Shown: positions 34,653-45,913, counted from the first letter of the stretch. The stretch is DNA of 64,000 bases from Minutocellus sp. GHC0000111 (GCA_977018835.1 OZ361256.1:4774001-4838000), one strand, 5' to 3'. Notes: generated by a model not told the origin, from the sequence alone. Translations and numbers: made by a program.

Positions 34653-36743
34653 TTACATTATTTCAATCACCTCGGAGGACGACTTTGCAGGCCTCTTTCG
34701 TTCCGAGGAAGCACAGTTGCGGTGGGGCGAATGAGACGAAACATTGGGAGACGCAACAGGTAGGGCTGCCGGCTTCCTATCGAGGTCATTTTCATCGACA
34801 TTCTTCTTCGTCGTCGCGCCACTAAATGTGCCCGTAATCAAAACGACGTCATCGTCTTCGTTATCGATCGATCTGTCTCCCGTGGCGTGGCCCTCCGGAC
34901 CATCCGGCAGACCCTTCTCGGCGCAATCATCCCTCGCTTCGATGAAAATCTTGGGCACGTTCTGGAGACCATTGTTGTGCTGTTCGGAGAGCGCAAACAG
35001 AGCCCGTTCCAGGATGTTGGCCTCGTTTCGGATGAGAGATGTAATGTCTTGAGCCTCCTCGCCGCCCTTTTCACCCTTTGCAGCATCGGCATCACACCTG
35101 CTGCTACCGCCGGTTTTGTCATTGGCCCACTTTTCGATACGACTGGTGGCAACGTAGGTAAAATAAGCCCAGGGAAAAACACTGCCATACCACTGGTTGG
35201 CCTTCTGCTCGAGTCGTAGCAACCTCACCAGCTCCTTCTTGGCCTCGGGGCACGCTATCGATAGGAACACACTCCGAACCAAGGGCGAATGGAGCAAGAT
35301 GGAAAAATGAAAATATTTGGACCGGCCGGCCTTGTGCTTGCTGGGCGTCGCAGCCTGTGCCGCCCCGGCTGCTGCTGCGCCGTTGTCCTGCCCCTCGGCC
35401 GCCGCCGCAGCCCCAGCTGCTGCTGCTCCCACAAGGTCCTCAATCGGTGCATCCTCCAACCGCCTCTCGGCCTCCTTCCGCCGCCGTTCTTCCTCTAACT
35501 GCTCGTTCTCCGCCATGATCCGTACGGCGTCCATCTTCCTCGCCTCCTCGGTCTCCTCCCGTTGCGATATGATCCACATCATGGAATTTTCGAGGATGGT
35601 ACCGGAATCGAGGAAACTGCCAGCACCATCCTTCATGACGTGTCGCAGACCGGCCAGCATCTCCCGTTGGTCGTTGAAGCCCATGGTCCGGAGCTGTCCC
35701 AGGAGACTCATCTCCCTCATGTCGCGGGGACGGTCATCATCGCTATCGTCATCATCGTCATTGTTGGACAATGACGAGGACGGATGTGATGACCCATTCG
35801 CAGACGCTGAGGCTGATGCGGCATGCTCCTCCTGCTTGATCTTCACCAGCAGGGCCAACCCCCCGTTGGTGTTGGGAGGAGGCCACTGACTTTCGGGGAC
35901 GAAGAAGTCGACGTAGTCCGGCGCGGCTGGTTGGGGCAGGGTGGGCGGCGGTGCCGGTCGCTTCCTGCTGGGTGCTTTCTTCTTTTGCCCATTGCCGGTA
36001 GTCATTGTACTGGTACCTGCCGAGGCCGATGCAGCAGCTGCTGCGGCCGATGCAGCAAATGGAGAACCAGCAAAGGACAAGCCACCACCAGCGCCAGCAC
36101 CCGCACCGCAATACGAGGGAGAGAAGCTACCGAATCCCACCAGCTGCTGCTGCAGCTGGTAATGCAAGTCGGGCATCCCGTGAGGAGCTGCTGCCGAAGC
36201 CGCTGCTGCCGCTGAAGGAGCTGGGGCGGCAGCTGCTGCTGGCCGAGCCACAGACCGAGAAGACGCCGTCCCACCAGCTCCACCGCTACTAGCAGCAGTC
36301 CTTCCAGCAGCACCCGATCTCAACAGCGCCCAAATGGGATCAGCGGCGGGTGCCGCCGCCGTGCAGTCGTTGTCGGTGTAGAAGCACCGACGCACGGCCG
36401 CCATCCACAGCGCCTTCTTGGCCCCGCTCTTCGGTTTGCTAAAGCGCGTGTACGCCTCGAGCTGCTGGGCCGTCAGAGATGCGGCTCCACCATCGCCAGA
36501 ACCGTCACCGGCCAGGGCATCATAGACCAGCGATTGGAGGGCGGTGCACAGCGCCTTGAGGTCCTTGACCTGGAGGGCGTCGAGGCCCCGGGTGGGAAGG
36601 TACGTGGCTCGGTCGGTTGCGGCTCGGCCACCGCCGGAGGAGGAGAGCTGGGTGGATATCCAGCTGATGGCCGACGGGGGGACGGCGTTGGCTGGCTCGT
36701 CCGACGCCGACGAGGCTGCAGCCGCCGAGGCTGAGGCCGACAT
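34653..36743 (-). CDS. Unknown Ala-rich nuclear-type protein with a UBA-like segment
   Basis: Long ORF containing LRTMGFNDQREMLAGL (UBA-like), a basic KKKAPSRKRP patch and terminal DVVLIT / EVIEIM motifs. Confidence 0.6.
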   Translation of the reverse strand: MSASASAAAASSASDEPANAVPPSAISWISTQLSSSGGGRAATDRATYLPTRGLDALQVKDLKALCTALQSLVYDALAGDGSGDGGAASLTAQQLEAYTRFSKPKSGAKKALWMAAVRRCFYTDNDCTAAAPAADPIWALLRSGAAGRTAASSGGAGGTASSRSVARPAAAAAPAPSAAAAASAAAPHGMPDLHYQLQQQLVGFGSFSPSYCGAGAGAGGGLSFAGSPFAASAAAAAASASAGTSTMTTGNGQKKKAPSRKRPAPPPTLPQPAAPDYVDFFVPESQWPPPNTNGGLALLVKIKQEEHAASASASANGSSHPSSSLSNNDDDDDSDDDRPRDMREMSLLGQLRTMGFNDQREMLAGLRHVMKDGAGSFLDSGTILENSMMWIISQREETEEARKMDAVRIMAENEQLEEERRRKEAERRLEDAPIEDLVGAAAAGAAAAAEGQDNGAAAAGAAQAATPSKHKAGRSKYFHFSILLHSPLVRSVFLSIACPEAKKELVRLLRLEQKANQWYGSVFPWAYFTYVATSRIEKWANDKTGGSSRCDADAAKGEKGGEEAQDITSLIRNEANILERALFALSEQHNNGLQNVPKIFIEARDDCAEKGLPDGPEGHATGDRSIDNEDDDVVLITGTFSGATTKKNVDENDLDRKPAALPVASPNVSSHSPHRNCASSERKRPAKSSSEVIEIM

Positions 36744-36843
36744 TGTTGGCGCACTGTGCTGGGCTGACTGGGCGACTGACCAACGATGCGCCTGTACGCT
36801 ACCTGCCTCCTCTCGCAGGATCAATGCGCAAAAATGAAGCGGA

Positions 36844-37088
36844 GTTGTGGGTACCGCACGGTGGGGATGAGCTGGCGACGGTGGTTAGCAGCAGGCACTA
36901 AAACTGCATTCCTGTAGTGCCCAGTTTTTCTGCTGACCACCACCTTCGCCTCCTCTCGTCTCAACTGACCAAGCCACAACCATCTGCGATTGCTGCCGTT
37001 GCAATTGCTAAGTCAGCTTACAGTACCGGCTCCCAGAGCCTGTCTCTCTCTCTCAGTAGTTAGTTAGTTTTAAATTCCCTCAAACCGC
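36844..37088 (+). repeat. Terminal repeat A (3' end of the element)
   Basis: Direct partial copy at 37693-37883 and full inverted copy at 37886-38140. Confidence 0.95.
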
Positions 37089-37089
37089 T

Positions 37090-37167
37090 CCTCACCCTCT
37101 AAGAAGTTTCATTTACCGCCAATGCCAGCTAGCTCCAGTTCACGTAGTTAAACTGCATTTCATGTTC
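37090..37167 (+). repeat. Partial direct copy of repeat B
   Basis: cctcaccctctaagaag...catgttc matches 45971-46044, apart from a 4-bp agct duplication. Confidence 0.93.
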
Positions 37168-37692
37168 CAAACCTACATCCTTTTCTCCGAGACTATTCTG
37201 ACAATCACGGCCTATTCTGAGTGTTTCATTGAGCCTTTGCAGGCATACTCCCGAGGTCACTGCTTGCTGTATGTGTTGCAATGGGTCAGGGAGGTCACCG
37301 CCATCGATCGTGTTATCAACACTCGTCGACATAGCCTCCAAGTAGGCACACTCAACGTAGCGGAGGCTGCTGGACATTGCCGCCGACACAAAGTCGGCGA
37401 GATCATCTGCATTACTATCATCCGGCTGCGAAGAGGGAAGAAAGCACACCTCAAGCTGAGAGCCGGAATTGCCCCGTCGTTTCCATCCAACTACAGCAGC
37501 ATCAGCAGCAGCCTTTGAAAGGAGACATCGAACTTCGGCCTCCCCGCCAATCCCTCCAAGCCACCACTGACTGTGAAGATAAGGCGGTGGTGCTGGTCCG
37601 CCATACTAGACTAGTAGTGCTGATAGTCACTCGTAGACTGTGGCGGCATTTAGGCTGGGCCTCGCGGATTTGCGGCGGGTTTGCTTTGGTTT

Positions 37693-37883
37693 TTGTGGGC
37701 ACCGCACGCACGGTGGGGATGATGAGCTGGCGACGGTGGTTAGCAGCAGGCACTAAAACTGCATTCCTGTAGTGCCCAGTTTTTCTGCTGACCACCACCT
37801 TCGCCTCCTCTCGTCTCAACTGACCAAGCCACAACCATCTGCGATTGCTGCCGTTGCAATTGCTAACTAAGTCAGCTTACAGT
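37693..37883 (+). repeat. Internal partial direct copy of repeat A
   Basis: Matches 36845-37024 except for short duplications and one TA>CA change. Confidence 0.95.
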
Positions 37884-37885
37884 CG

Positions 37886-38275
37886 GCGGTTTGAGGGAAT
37901 TTAAAACTAACTAACTGCTACTACTGAGAGAGAGAGAGACAGGCTCTGGGAGCCGGTACTGTAAGCTGACTTAGCAATTGCAACGGGGCAGCAATCGCAG
38001 ATGGTTGTGGCTTGGTCAGTTGAGACGAGAGGAGGCGAAGGTGGTGGTCAGCAGAAAAACTGGGCACTACAGGAATGCAGTTTTAGTGCCTGCTGCTAAC
38101 CACCGTCGCCAGCTCATCCCCACCGTGCGGCACCCACAACGATGACACATCGAACACAGCACCTCCCTCCGCTGATTCTCCCAACTCTATGCAACTTAGT
38201 AGAACATGAAATGCAGTTTAACTACGTGAACTGGAGCTGGCATTGGCGGTAAATGAAACTTCTTAGAGGGTGAGG
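37886..38275 (-). repeat. Internal complementary region: inverted A joined directly to inverted B
   Basis: 37886-38140 is the reverse complement of 36844-37088. 38141-38275 is the reverse complement of 45971-46105. Confidence 0.95.
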
Positions 38276-38319
38276 TCCCTCTCCCCCTCCTCCTTTCCGT
38301 AGCACAGATCGGCCAACAA

Positions 38320-39615
38320 TGTGTGTCGTGCTTAGGTGAACAGGGCGAAGGGGGCATTGGAGTCCCGAAGCCGGCATTTCGGCCAATAATGCTGTTGATG
38401 CCGGCGAAGGATTGGCGGCAATTTGGGGTCCTTGGGTCTTCGCGATGGCTCGTCGAGTGTGCGTGGGGCACGTTGAAGAAGAAGGAACCTCGTTGGATCA
38501 TGCGTGTGGAGACTCCGGATGCAAATTCTTGGACCTGGCGACGGATGTACTTGAGGAAGGCGTCACTGGACCACCGCCCTACCAGCATGATTGTGCACGT
38601 GGGAACATCATTTAGACACATTGCCATTGCTGCTCCGCTGCGAATGGAGTGTGATCCGAATTCAGAGGGATGGCAGCCCAGAGGACGTCCTCTCCAATCA
38701 CTGTGGCCGACGCTCGGATCTTGTCAACTATTCGGGTGGCAGGAATGTGTTTTAATACGCCGTTGACCACGAAGGCATTTACCGGCGTATCGCTGTTGGC
38801 ACTAGGGTGCCCTAGGACTCGTTTCACCAGGGCAGCCCAAGCTCGAACTGGGCAGAGGGTGGCGTCGTGGGTGCAGTGTTGCGTAATCGTGACGTCACGC
38901 TCGTCGTTCTTCTGGAACTCAAAGGTGACGGAGACAGAGTCTGCTGAGAGGAGGGACCGGTCGTTGTGACACATGCGCCGTCGGCCGCGGTAGAACTGGA
39001 TGTTGCGGAGGCGGAGCAGCTTGGTCCTGCGCTCACCGCTGACTCTGGAGCATTTTTGCAAGACCTCATCGCGAAGAAGAAGGCGCCGACAGCTAGTTGC
39101 CCGACTGCACGGTCCTCTTCCGTTTCCCTGACGGAGGCGATCTCTCGGAGGAGCCGGCAGGTGATCGCCTTCTCCGGCCGCTCGGCCGGGTCGGACTGGC
39201 TGTGTCCTCGGAACTGCCGCTGTAGAAGGAATGAAGGCTGGCCGATGTCGTCTTTCCCTGGGTCCCTGCGCTGGTTGTGCCGGAAGGACGAGCATGCACA
39301 TGAGACGGCATCTCGGACTGTCGACGCAGCCAGTCGCGAAAACTTTGGCCCCGAAAAGCTGGCCTGTCGGACGGCGTGGGCAAAGGCGCCGAGAATGACT
39401 GTTCGGTCTCGGGGTGATGCCTTGTCGAGGAAGACGTCGTCCCCGGTCCCGATGAGCTGCAGGAACTCAGTCCAGCGGCTCCACGCGAGAGCGTGCTCCT
39501 CGGCAGTGGCCGTTGCAACTGCTTCCTGACGGGCAGCGTCCGCGCCTGCGAGACAATCCAGGAAGCAATCTCGTTGGGTAGTGGTGCAATCCTGAAATTT
39601 GAGGGAAACTGACAT
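38320..39615 (-). pseudogene. Tyrosine recombinase of the element (frameshifted)
   Basis: Catalytic motifs FFFAMRSC, FEFQKNDER, LCPVRAW, GSHSIRSGAA and GRWSSDAFLKYIR are spread over three frames. The 3' end is approximate. Confidence 0.88.
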
Positions 39616-41683
39616 TCGGGAGATGATAGAAGCAATTTCGTGAGGTCAGCATCAGAGAGATCGGCGTCACGAGAAAGAGAATCGGCCTCCGGATTGCGCT
39701 TCCCCTGGAACCACTGTGAGTGCAGCATGGTGTTGGTCTCGATGAGCATGTCGGCTAGTTTCCGCGCCGTGGCCAGCTTGACCGCTACGTCGGCATCCTT
39801 CTCGCCGTGAGACACGAAGTTCGACTTCCTGAGCCATCCCTCGGCCGTGGTGCTGTCGGTCCCCGACAGCACGCAGGAGAGGGTTGGTAGGTTGCCCTCG
39901 ATGTGGTCGATCCATGGGCCGATGACGGCGGCGAGGAATTCCAGGCAATTGAGGGTGAACCGGCCCCATGGCTCCTCGGGGAGGGCAAATCTCCACGCTT
40001 TGCCGGATGAGGACCATCCGCCGATGCCGTGCTCGCAGGCGTCACTCATGCACTCGTGGGTGGGGCAACGGCACGTGAGGAGGTTCATGCTCATGCCATC
40101 GGCGGCCCTTCGGAGGAAGCGGAGCCACAGGTTGAGGTCTTCTGCATCCTCAGAGTCGAACCGTTGGCGGCCGTGGCGGCGGGCCTTCCAGAGCCGATCC
40201 CGAAGGCGGCTGAGGAAAAGTGTCGTGCGGCTGGAATGATGTGTCCGACGTGGTTTAGCCTTCCGACCAAGGTGTCCAGCTCTGATCTGGTGGCGCCGCG
40301 GGCTCTGAGGAGCCGAAGCATGTCATCGCGCCAGGCCAGGTGCTTGCTCCAAGGGAGCCTCAGCAGGAGCCGCCGGGTGTCAGCATCCCACCCCAAGAGA
40401 CGCAGCACTTCGGAAGGCGTCCCCTCGGCGAGCAGCTTCTTGATGGAGGCAAGGTCATCTCTGGGCAGTGGCTCGCTGTCGGATGCCGGTCGGCCAAGCG
40501 CGTGGATGGCGAGGAGGGTGGCAGCGGATGTCCGATCCTGATTGTCGCCCAGGTCAGGGGCTGCGGCGATGAGGTCATCGATGTGCGGCTCGACGATGCC
40601 ATCCTTGTTGTCGGGAAGGGTTACGATCATGCCCAGGGCCGGCGCAAACGGCACATCGTCGCCCTCCACCTTGGGGCGACCCAAGTGCTTCTGCTGGGGG
40701 CTGTGGAGCTCTGACGGGTCCCAGTCCGAGCATTGCAGGAGGGCCTTGGCCAGGTCGGCCGCCGATTCGGACATGTTGCACCATTCGCTCGGGCAAGGGC
40801 GGCCGCCGAAAGTCAGCCGGAGGGACATGAGGGCAATGCCATCCAGGGTGGTGATCGTTTTGACGGCCGTGCTGGGAGCCAAGTGGGCCCGGCGACACGC
40901 AGCCTTGAAATCGACCTTCTGCAGGAGGATGGGAGCACGGGGATGCTTGTGACGGGCGTCTACGATGCAGTGGATCACTCGCCGGAGGGCATGGCCGAAC
41001 ACCACTGGCTGGTGGTCCTCCATGCGCACTCTGTTGTTAACGGACCGTGCGGCACCGATCTCGAAGGATTGGTCGTGAGTCAGGCGGTCCTTGGGCATGA
41101 TCTCGCCAGCCTCGCTGATCGTGTTCTGTGCTACCAAACCCATCGGAGCCACCTCCGCTCCAGGAATGAGGGGCGCGACCTTTGCTGGCAGAGGGAGGGC
41201 GAAACCGCGGGTCACGTCGTCGAGAACTTGGTCCTTGAGTGCCTCCGGCCTATCCCCGGCCGATTTGTGGTTGCCTCGGCCGATGTTCTTCATCACGCTG
41301 TCCAGTCTGCTTTCGTCGCTCACCGGATCGAGGGCCCAGTCGGATCCACTGTCGAGAATGGAGCGGAAGCGGGGCCACAGCGGGTGCCGGCCAAGAATCG
41401 GCTCCAGAAGACTCAGGTCTCTGAACTCCGATCCCGGTTGGAGTAGCGACCCGCCCTGCGCCTCGAGTGCCCTGCTCAGAGAACGATCGCATTTCTTGAG
41501 GACCGACCAATTGTGAGCGGCGGCCTCCGTCAAGAGCTCAAATCTGAACTCCGTGGGCTTCGGTGTGGCCGACGGGGACTCGACTGCTCGTCGGACGTGC
41601 TGTGCCAAGGTGGAAACATCGAAGATGGGCTCTAGTTCCCACGTGGAATTGCATGAGGCGAGAAAAAGGTGAGACATGCACAT
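39093..41683 (-). pseudogene. Reverse transcriptase plus RNase H of the element (frameshift near 40215; catalytic YxDD reads HIDD)
   Basis: RT motifs KDRLTHDQS, KVDFKAACRR, LTFGGRPCP, HIDD and LLGW. RNase H motifs SDAC, LEFLA, TDSTTA and NPEADSLSR. Confidence 0.9.
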
Positions 41684-42287
41684 GCTGCACGTTCACGAGC
41701 ACACGGGTCTGTCCGACCGTGGTGGGCCCATTGTGGGCGCTGGGCTGCCCCGTTTGTTGTAGGTGTTTCTTCACCTGTTGGTCTCACTTACCATTTTGGC
41801 GTGTCGGTTCTGCTTCCTTGCTGTGCGTAGGGGAACCAGGGGGAGACTGTGCTTCGGGTTGGGGCTGCTTACCTAGGAGATCCTTCTCTCGCTGGCCTAG
41901 CCGGTCGAAGAGGTTGTCGGTGGCTTCCGCACCGCCAGCGTTAGTGGTGCTGGAGCCAGAGCCTGAGATGCTGTTGTCGGCGCAGGCATCACCGCTGGTG
42001 TTAGGGGGACCAGGACCCGACCGAAGGTCACTGCTAACGCCTCGGCCTTCTGCTCCGGCATTAGGGGCACCGGAGAGCCTGGATTGGTTGCTGATGTCGT
42101 TGCGACCGCACACGCCGGATTTTGGGGCACCGGACAACCTTGGGCGGCTGGAGCCACCGGGGCGGATCGACGCCGACGTGTCTGGCTGCACTCGACGGCG
42201 CTTGGAGGGACGAGCTCGGCCGGCTGGCCGAGATGTTTCTCCAGCATCCTCCGAGGGTGGGCCACGCCTCCGTGCCCACCCGATCCG

Positions 42288-44352
42288 TCATTCCTCCGCC
42301 TCCTCGTGCTTCCGATCGCATTTCTCGACGTGCTGCTCGACGGGTCCTCTCTCCGATGCCTTAAGAGGCCTCTTGACATGCGACTTCTTGAGCTTGCACG
42401 AGGATCCGGCGCCGCAGACACCTGTCAGGATGAATGGAGGGCAGAATTTACAGCCATTAATCTCAGGTCTGTCCTCATAGGGCTCGGATTTCTTGCCATG
42501 CCGTTTTGCAAAGTTGCCGGGGTTGATGTCGAACGTGACGAAGTGTTCGCACTGGTGGGCTCTGCCGCTGGCGCCGCCCGTCTTTTGCTTCTTTTTCGGA
42601 CTGGTTCTTGGCTCTGATTTGTCGGAGTCGGAGTCCGAGGAAGGGGTGGGAGCGTCGGCCGATTGGACGAGCTTGATGTGGCTGGGGTAGACGAAAGGAT
42701 TCTGAGTCTTCATTATCTTTTTGGACTCGTCGGCCATTGAGAAGCAAGAGAGGTCGTTGCCGGCGTCGTCGGGGGAAAGGAGACAAGCTTTCCAGAATGC
42801 ATGGATGGAGGCGTCGATGTTGTGGAACATCGCCAGCCAGAACTTCTCGCCATGGCTCTCAGCGATGTCGCGGTTCTGGTCCTCGTGTGTCTTCATGTGA
42901 CTGAGGACCCTGGCGACGTAGCGAGCGGGCTCGGAATCCTCTCCGGCAAGGAAGGAAATGCCAGCGCCGAAGGCCGAGAGATGTGACGTTTGGCACCGTC
43001 GTGCTCGGTTGGGGACCGGTGGTTCTGCTTCAGAAGAGCCTTCACCTCTGAGTCAAGGCACATCCTTTCTTTTGAGAGGCGGCGAGGCACAGGGGCGCAT
43101 TGCTGCTGCTGGAGTTTACCGGGCTAAAGGCGAAGACAGAGAAGCCATCGTAGATTTTCTTGTCGCTCTTCCCGAAGCCAAAGAGGCGGACGTAAGTGGT
43201 GAGGCCCTTGAGAGATGTCCTGACTCCGGTCTTGCCCTTTACATGCAGCTTGAGGCCGACGGCTGCTTGCGTGAGGTTTGACTCTTCCAGTGGTGCTTTC
43301 AATCCTTCGGGAAGATTCGAGTCGATCGCTGCTACATCATCGTCATGCTCGGTCGAGACCCGGCAGAAAGCGGCACAGGCCTTGAGGATGGCGCCATTCA
43401 TCGAGTGCTTCTTGTCGACCTTGTCAGTGTAGGCCATGACTGCGCCGGTGAGGGAGGATGCTTCGGACGCGGCCCTAGTCATGGCGTTGGCCGCGGCAGC
43501 AACTGCAGAGTCGGTCGGGGCGCCACCGGCTGGTGGTCCGTCGCCACTGGCGCCAGTGATGCACCGAGCGTGCATCTCACGGGCGTGTGTCTTGAGAGCC
43601 GGGTCCGTCGTTGGGCACAAGCTGACGGCCGGGATGTCACCTTGCTCGGACGTGGCGACGAACCACAGCCACTTGACGACGTGTTGAACAGCCTCATTGG
43701 AGCGAAGACCTGCTGCGCCATGACCCTCGTCGTCACCGCTGTCTGATGCGTTGTCGCTGCCGGCGTCCTCATCCAGCCGACGTTTGATGGCGGACAGGAT
43801 GGCCCAAGGCGATGCCTCGTGCTCTTCCAGAACATTCTGCAGAATCGAAGGTGGCAGCAGCACAAGGGACTTAAACTTCGTGGAGGCACTCCGGTGGCGG
43901 GTGTTGGAGCCTTCCTGGGTGAGACCGGTTAGGGCGGCTTCTGACGGTGCCCCCAGTGTGGCTTCCACCGATGGGGCTAGGACCTCCTTGTGCCGCAAGA
44001 GGCTAGGTTGGGCCAACGACATTGCCGGGGCTACATCGTCGATCCCGAGGAGCCCACCCAACCTGAGGTCGGGCTGCATGGTGGTGCCTCCCTGACCCAC
44101 GGCATGGTGAATCACCACGACTTTCCCTTCTGGATGGTGGGCCAGCATGGACAAACCCTCGGCGTCGCGGATTTGCTGCTGGATCGCTCGGGCATGGCTC
44201 TGGACCATAGCGGCCGTGGGGTCGGTTTCACAGACGTTGTCGGCGAGGAATCTCTGGAAATCTCGAGCTACGGCGGCGTCGGCCCCGGCCGGCATCTCTT
44301 GTGCCAGCAGGACTGACTTCCAGGTGTTGAAAGATGAAGCCATGGTGATCAA
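42288..44352 (-). pseudogene. Gag-like ORF with a C-terminal CCCH zinc knuckle (frameshifted)
   Basis: ORFs 43042-44352, 42893-43090 and 42288-42896 are contiguous upstream of RT and end in CPPFILTGVCGAGSSCKLKKSH. Confidence 0.65.
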
Positions 44353-44359
44353 TGCTCGA

Positions 44360-45913
44360 TCACCTTGCCTGTCGCCTTCGGCGTCGGTCCTCTCGGCGCT
44401 GGATGTGGTTCAGATCGGCCGTGAGGGTGAGGATGCGGTCGGCGATGTCGGGCTCTCCAAAGGCGGATAGAAGGATGTTGAATGCCTGACGCGGTGGCTC
44501 TGATGCCAAAATATCGGCGGTGATATCTCGCAGGCGGATAGGTGCCTCGAGATCGTCGGGGCGCCGGTGAATTGATGCTCTTGGCCAGACGCGGTAGTGG
44601 GTGCCCTCCCAGCGATTTGGATCGGCCGTGTCGTCTAGCCACCTCGGATAGACTCGATGGTAGGTGCCTACCCAGCGGTGTGAGGGGGACGCCGTTAGGT
44701 CTGCCAGCCTTCCCCAGTATTCGTACGGGTTGACCTCCACTCGGTGTCCAAGAGGATTGCTGTCAGGCCGAGTGTGTCGGAGTCGAGCGCTGGTGAGGCT
44801 CTCGAATCCACTGTCCCAGTTGATAATAGCTTCAGTGAGTTGGTCCGGTCGTAGGTACCGCCGTCTCTGGAACGGGTACGGCGAATCCAGCGGGAACTGG
44901 GTGATCAGGGCGAAAGGGCCGATGAGATCTCCTCGCTCCAATGCCACACTGACGCCAGCCCGCTCGGTTCGGTCGTGTGCGTCACGTGGGTAGAAGAGTG
45001 GCCTTACCTCCCACTCGAAATAAGTGAGCGGCAGCGTTGGTGGAAGCTCGCTCCCCCGTGAACCTATGCAAGCGTACGGTGTCGGCTCTAGAGGTCTGCC
45101 CTCTCTGGCCGCGATGCGCCGTCTTTCTTTTCGGTCGGCCTGGTAGTGGAGGATGCACTGCGTGAGCCGGCAGAGCTGGGGCCAGATGCAATGGTGTTGC
45201 CGCGCTGCTGCTACCGATGCCTCCGGACACCTTCGCCCCCGATACTGTTGAACCACGACGCCTCCGTCTGCCCGTGGTAGTCGGTACAGTGCACTGCTCA
45301 GGTCCAACTCAGTTGCCGTCTCGTGTGCCCGGCGGATCTCAGGCTCGGTAAGGCGCGTGGCTATCAGCCAGATGTTGACGAGGTACGTGGGCCAGTCCTG
45401 TGACACCAAGAAGGCTTGTTGCTCGAGGTGCTCGGCGACCAGACCGTGCGCTACTGGAGTAAGGTGTGAAACGGCTGCTGCTGGGGATGGCTGGTGCCCC
45501 GTGGCTCTCGATGGGAGGTAGCCTGTGGCGCGCTCGACGAGATCGGTGAGGCACTCGGTAACGTCGATTCGGCCCTCGGCAAAACTTTTCCACCAATCCA
45601 GTGCGTCTGTGGTCAGTCTCTCAGACGACGCCCTGGCTGTGAAGAAACTTCTGCGCCCGGGCCGAATCTGACGTCTGAGTCTGTCCCAGCCTCGTGGAAG
45701 GTCAGGAGAGTCTCCTCGGACGATGAGGTCTCTTGCCACTCCGAACAACACGTGATCCAGTTCCGGTCGATCTGGTTCGGCCATGCACTGTTCTGCCGTC
45801 GTAGAGACTGGTATCGGATCTACGTGCACTATCAACGGAGCTGAGCCGTGGCCGTTTGACTCCGGAGTCGACTGCGGTCTCTGGACTAACAGCAGTGGTG
45901 GTGTGTCGGCCAA
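44360..45913 (-). CDS. Extra 5' ORF of the retroelement, function unknown (first ATG at 45784)
   Basis: Intact 517-codon frame inside the element boundaries. Confidence 0.6.
   Translation of the reverse strand: MADTPPLLLVQRPQSTPESNGHGSAPLIVHVDPIPVSTTAEQCMAEPDRPELDHVLFGVARDLIVRGDSPDLPRGWDRLRRQIRPGRRSFFTARASSERLTTDALDWWKSFAEGRIDVTECLTDLVERATGYLPSRATGHQPSPAAAVSHLTPVAHGLVAEHLEQQAFLVSQDWPTYLVNIWLIATRLTEPEIRRAHETATELDLSSALYRLPRADGGVVVQQYRGRRCPEASVAAARQHHCIWPQLCRLTQCILHYQADRKERRRIAAREGRPLEPTPYACIGSRGSELPPTLPLTYFEWEVRPLFYPRDAHDRTERAGVSVALERGDLIGPFALITQFPLDSPYPFQRRRYLRPDQLTEAIINWDSGFESLTSARLRHTRPDSNPLGHRVEVNPYEYWGRLADLTASPSHRWVGTYHRVYPRWLDDTADPNRWEGTHYRVWPRASIHRRPDDLEAPIRLRDITADILASEPPRQAFNILLSAFGEPDIADRILTLTADLNHIQRREDRRRRRQAR

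Noticed and set aside
36844..38275. CRISPR-like array or classical LTR pair
   Set aside because: The repeats are 80-250 bp in mixed orientation, with no regular spacers, no TG...CA ends and no integrase. YR-retrotransposon termini explain them.
41563..42480. 305-aa plus-strand ORF and other antisense ORFs inside the element
   Set aside because: High GC and loss of TpA remove TAA/TAG stops, so long spurious frames are expected.
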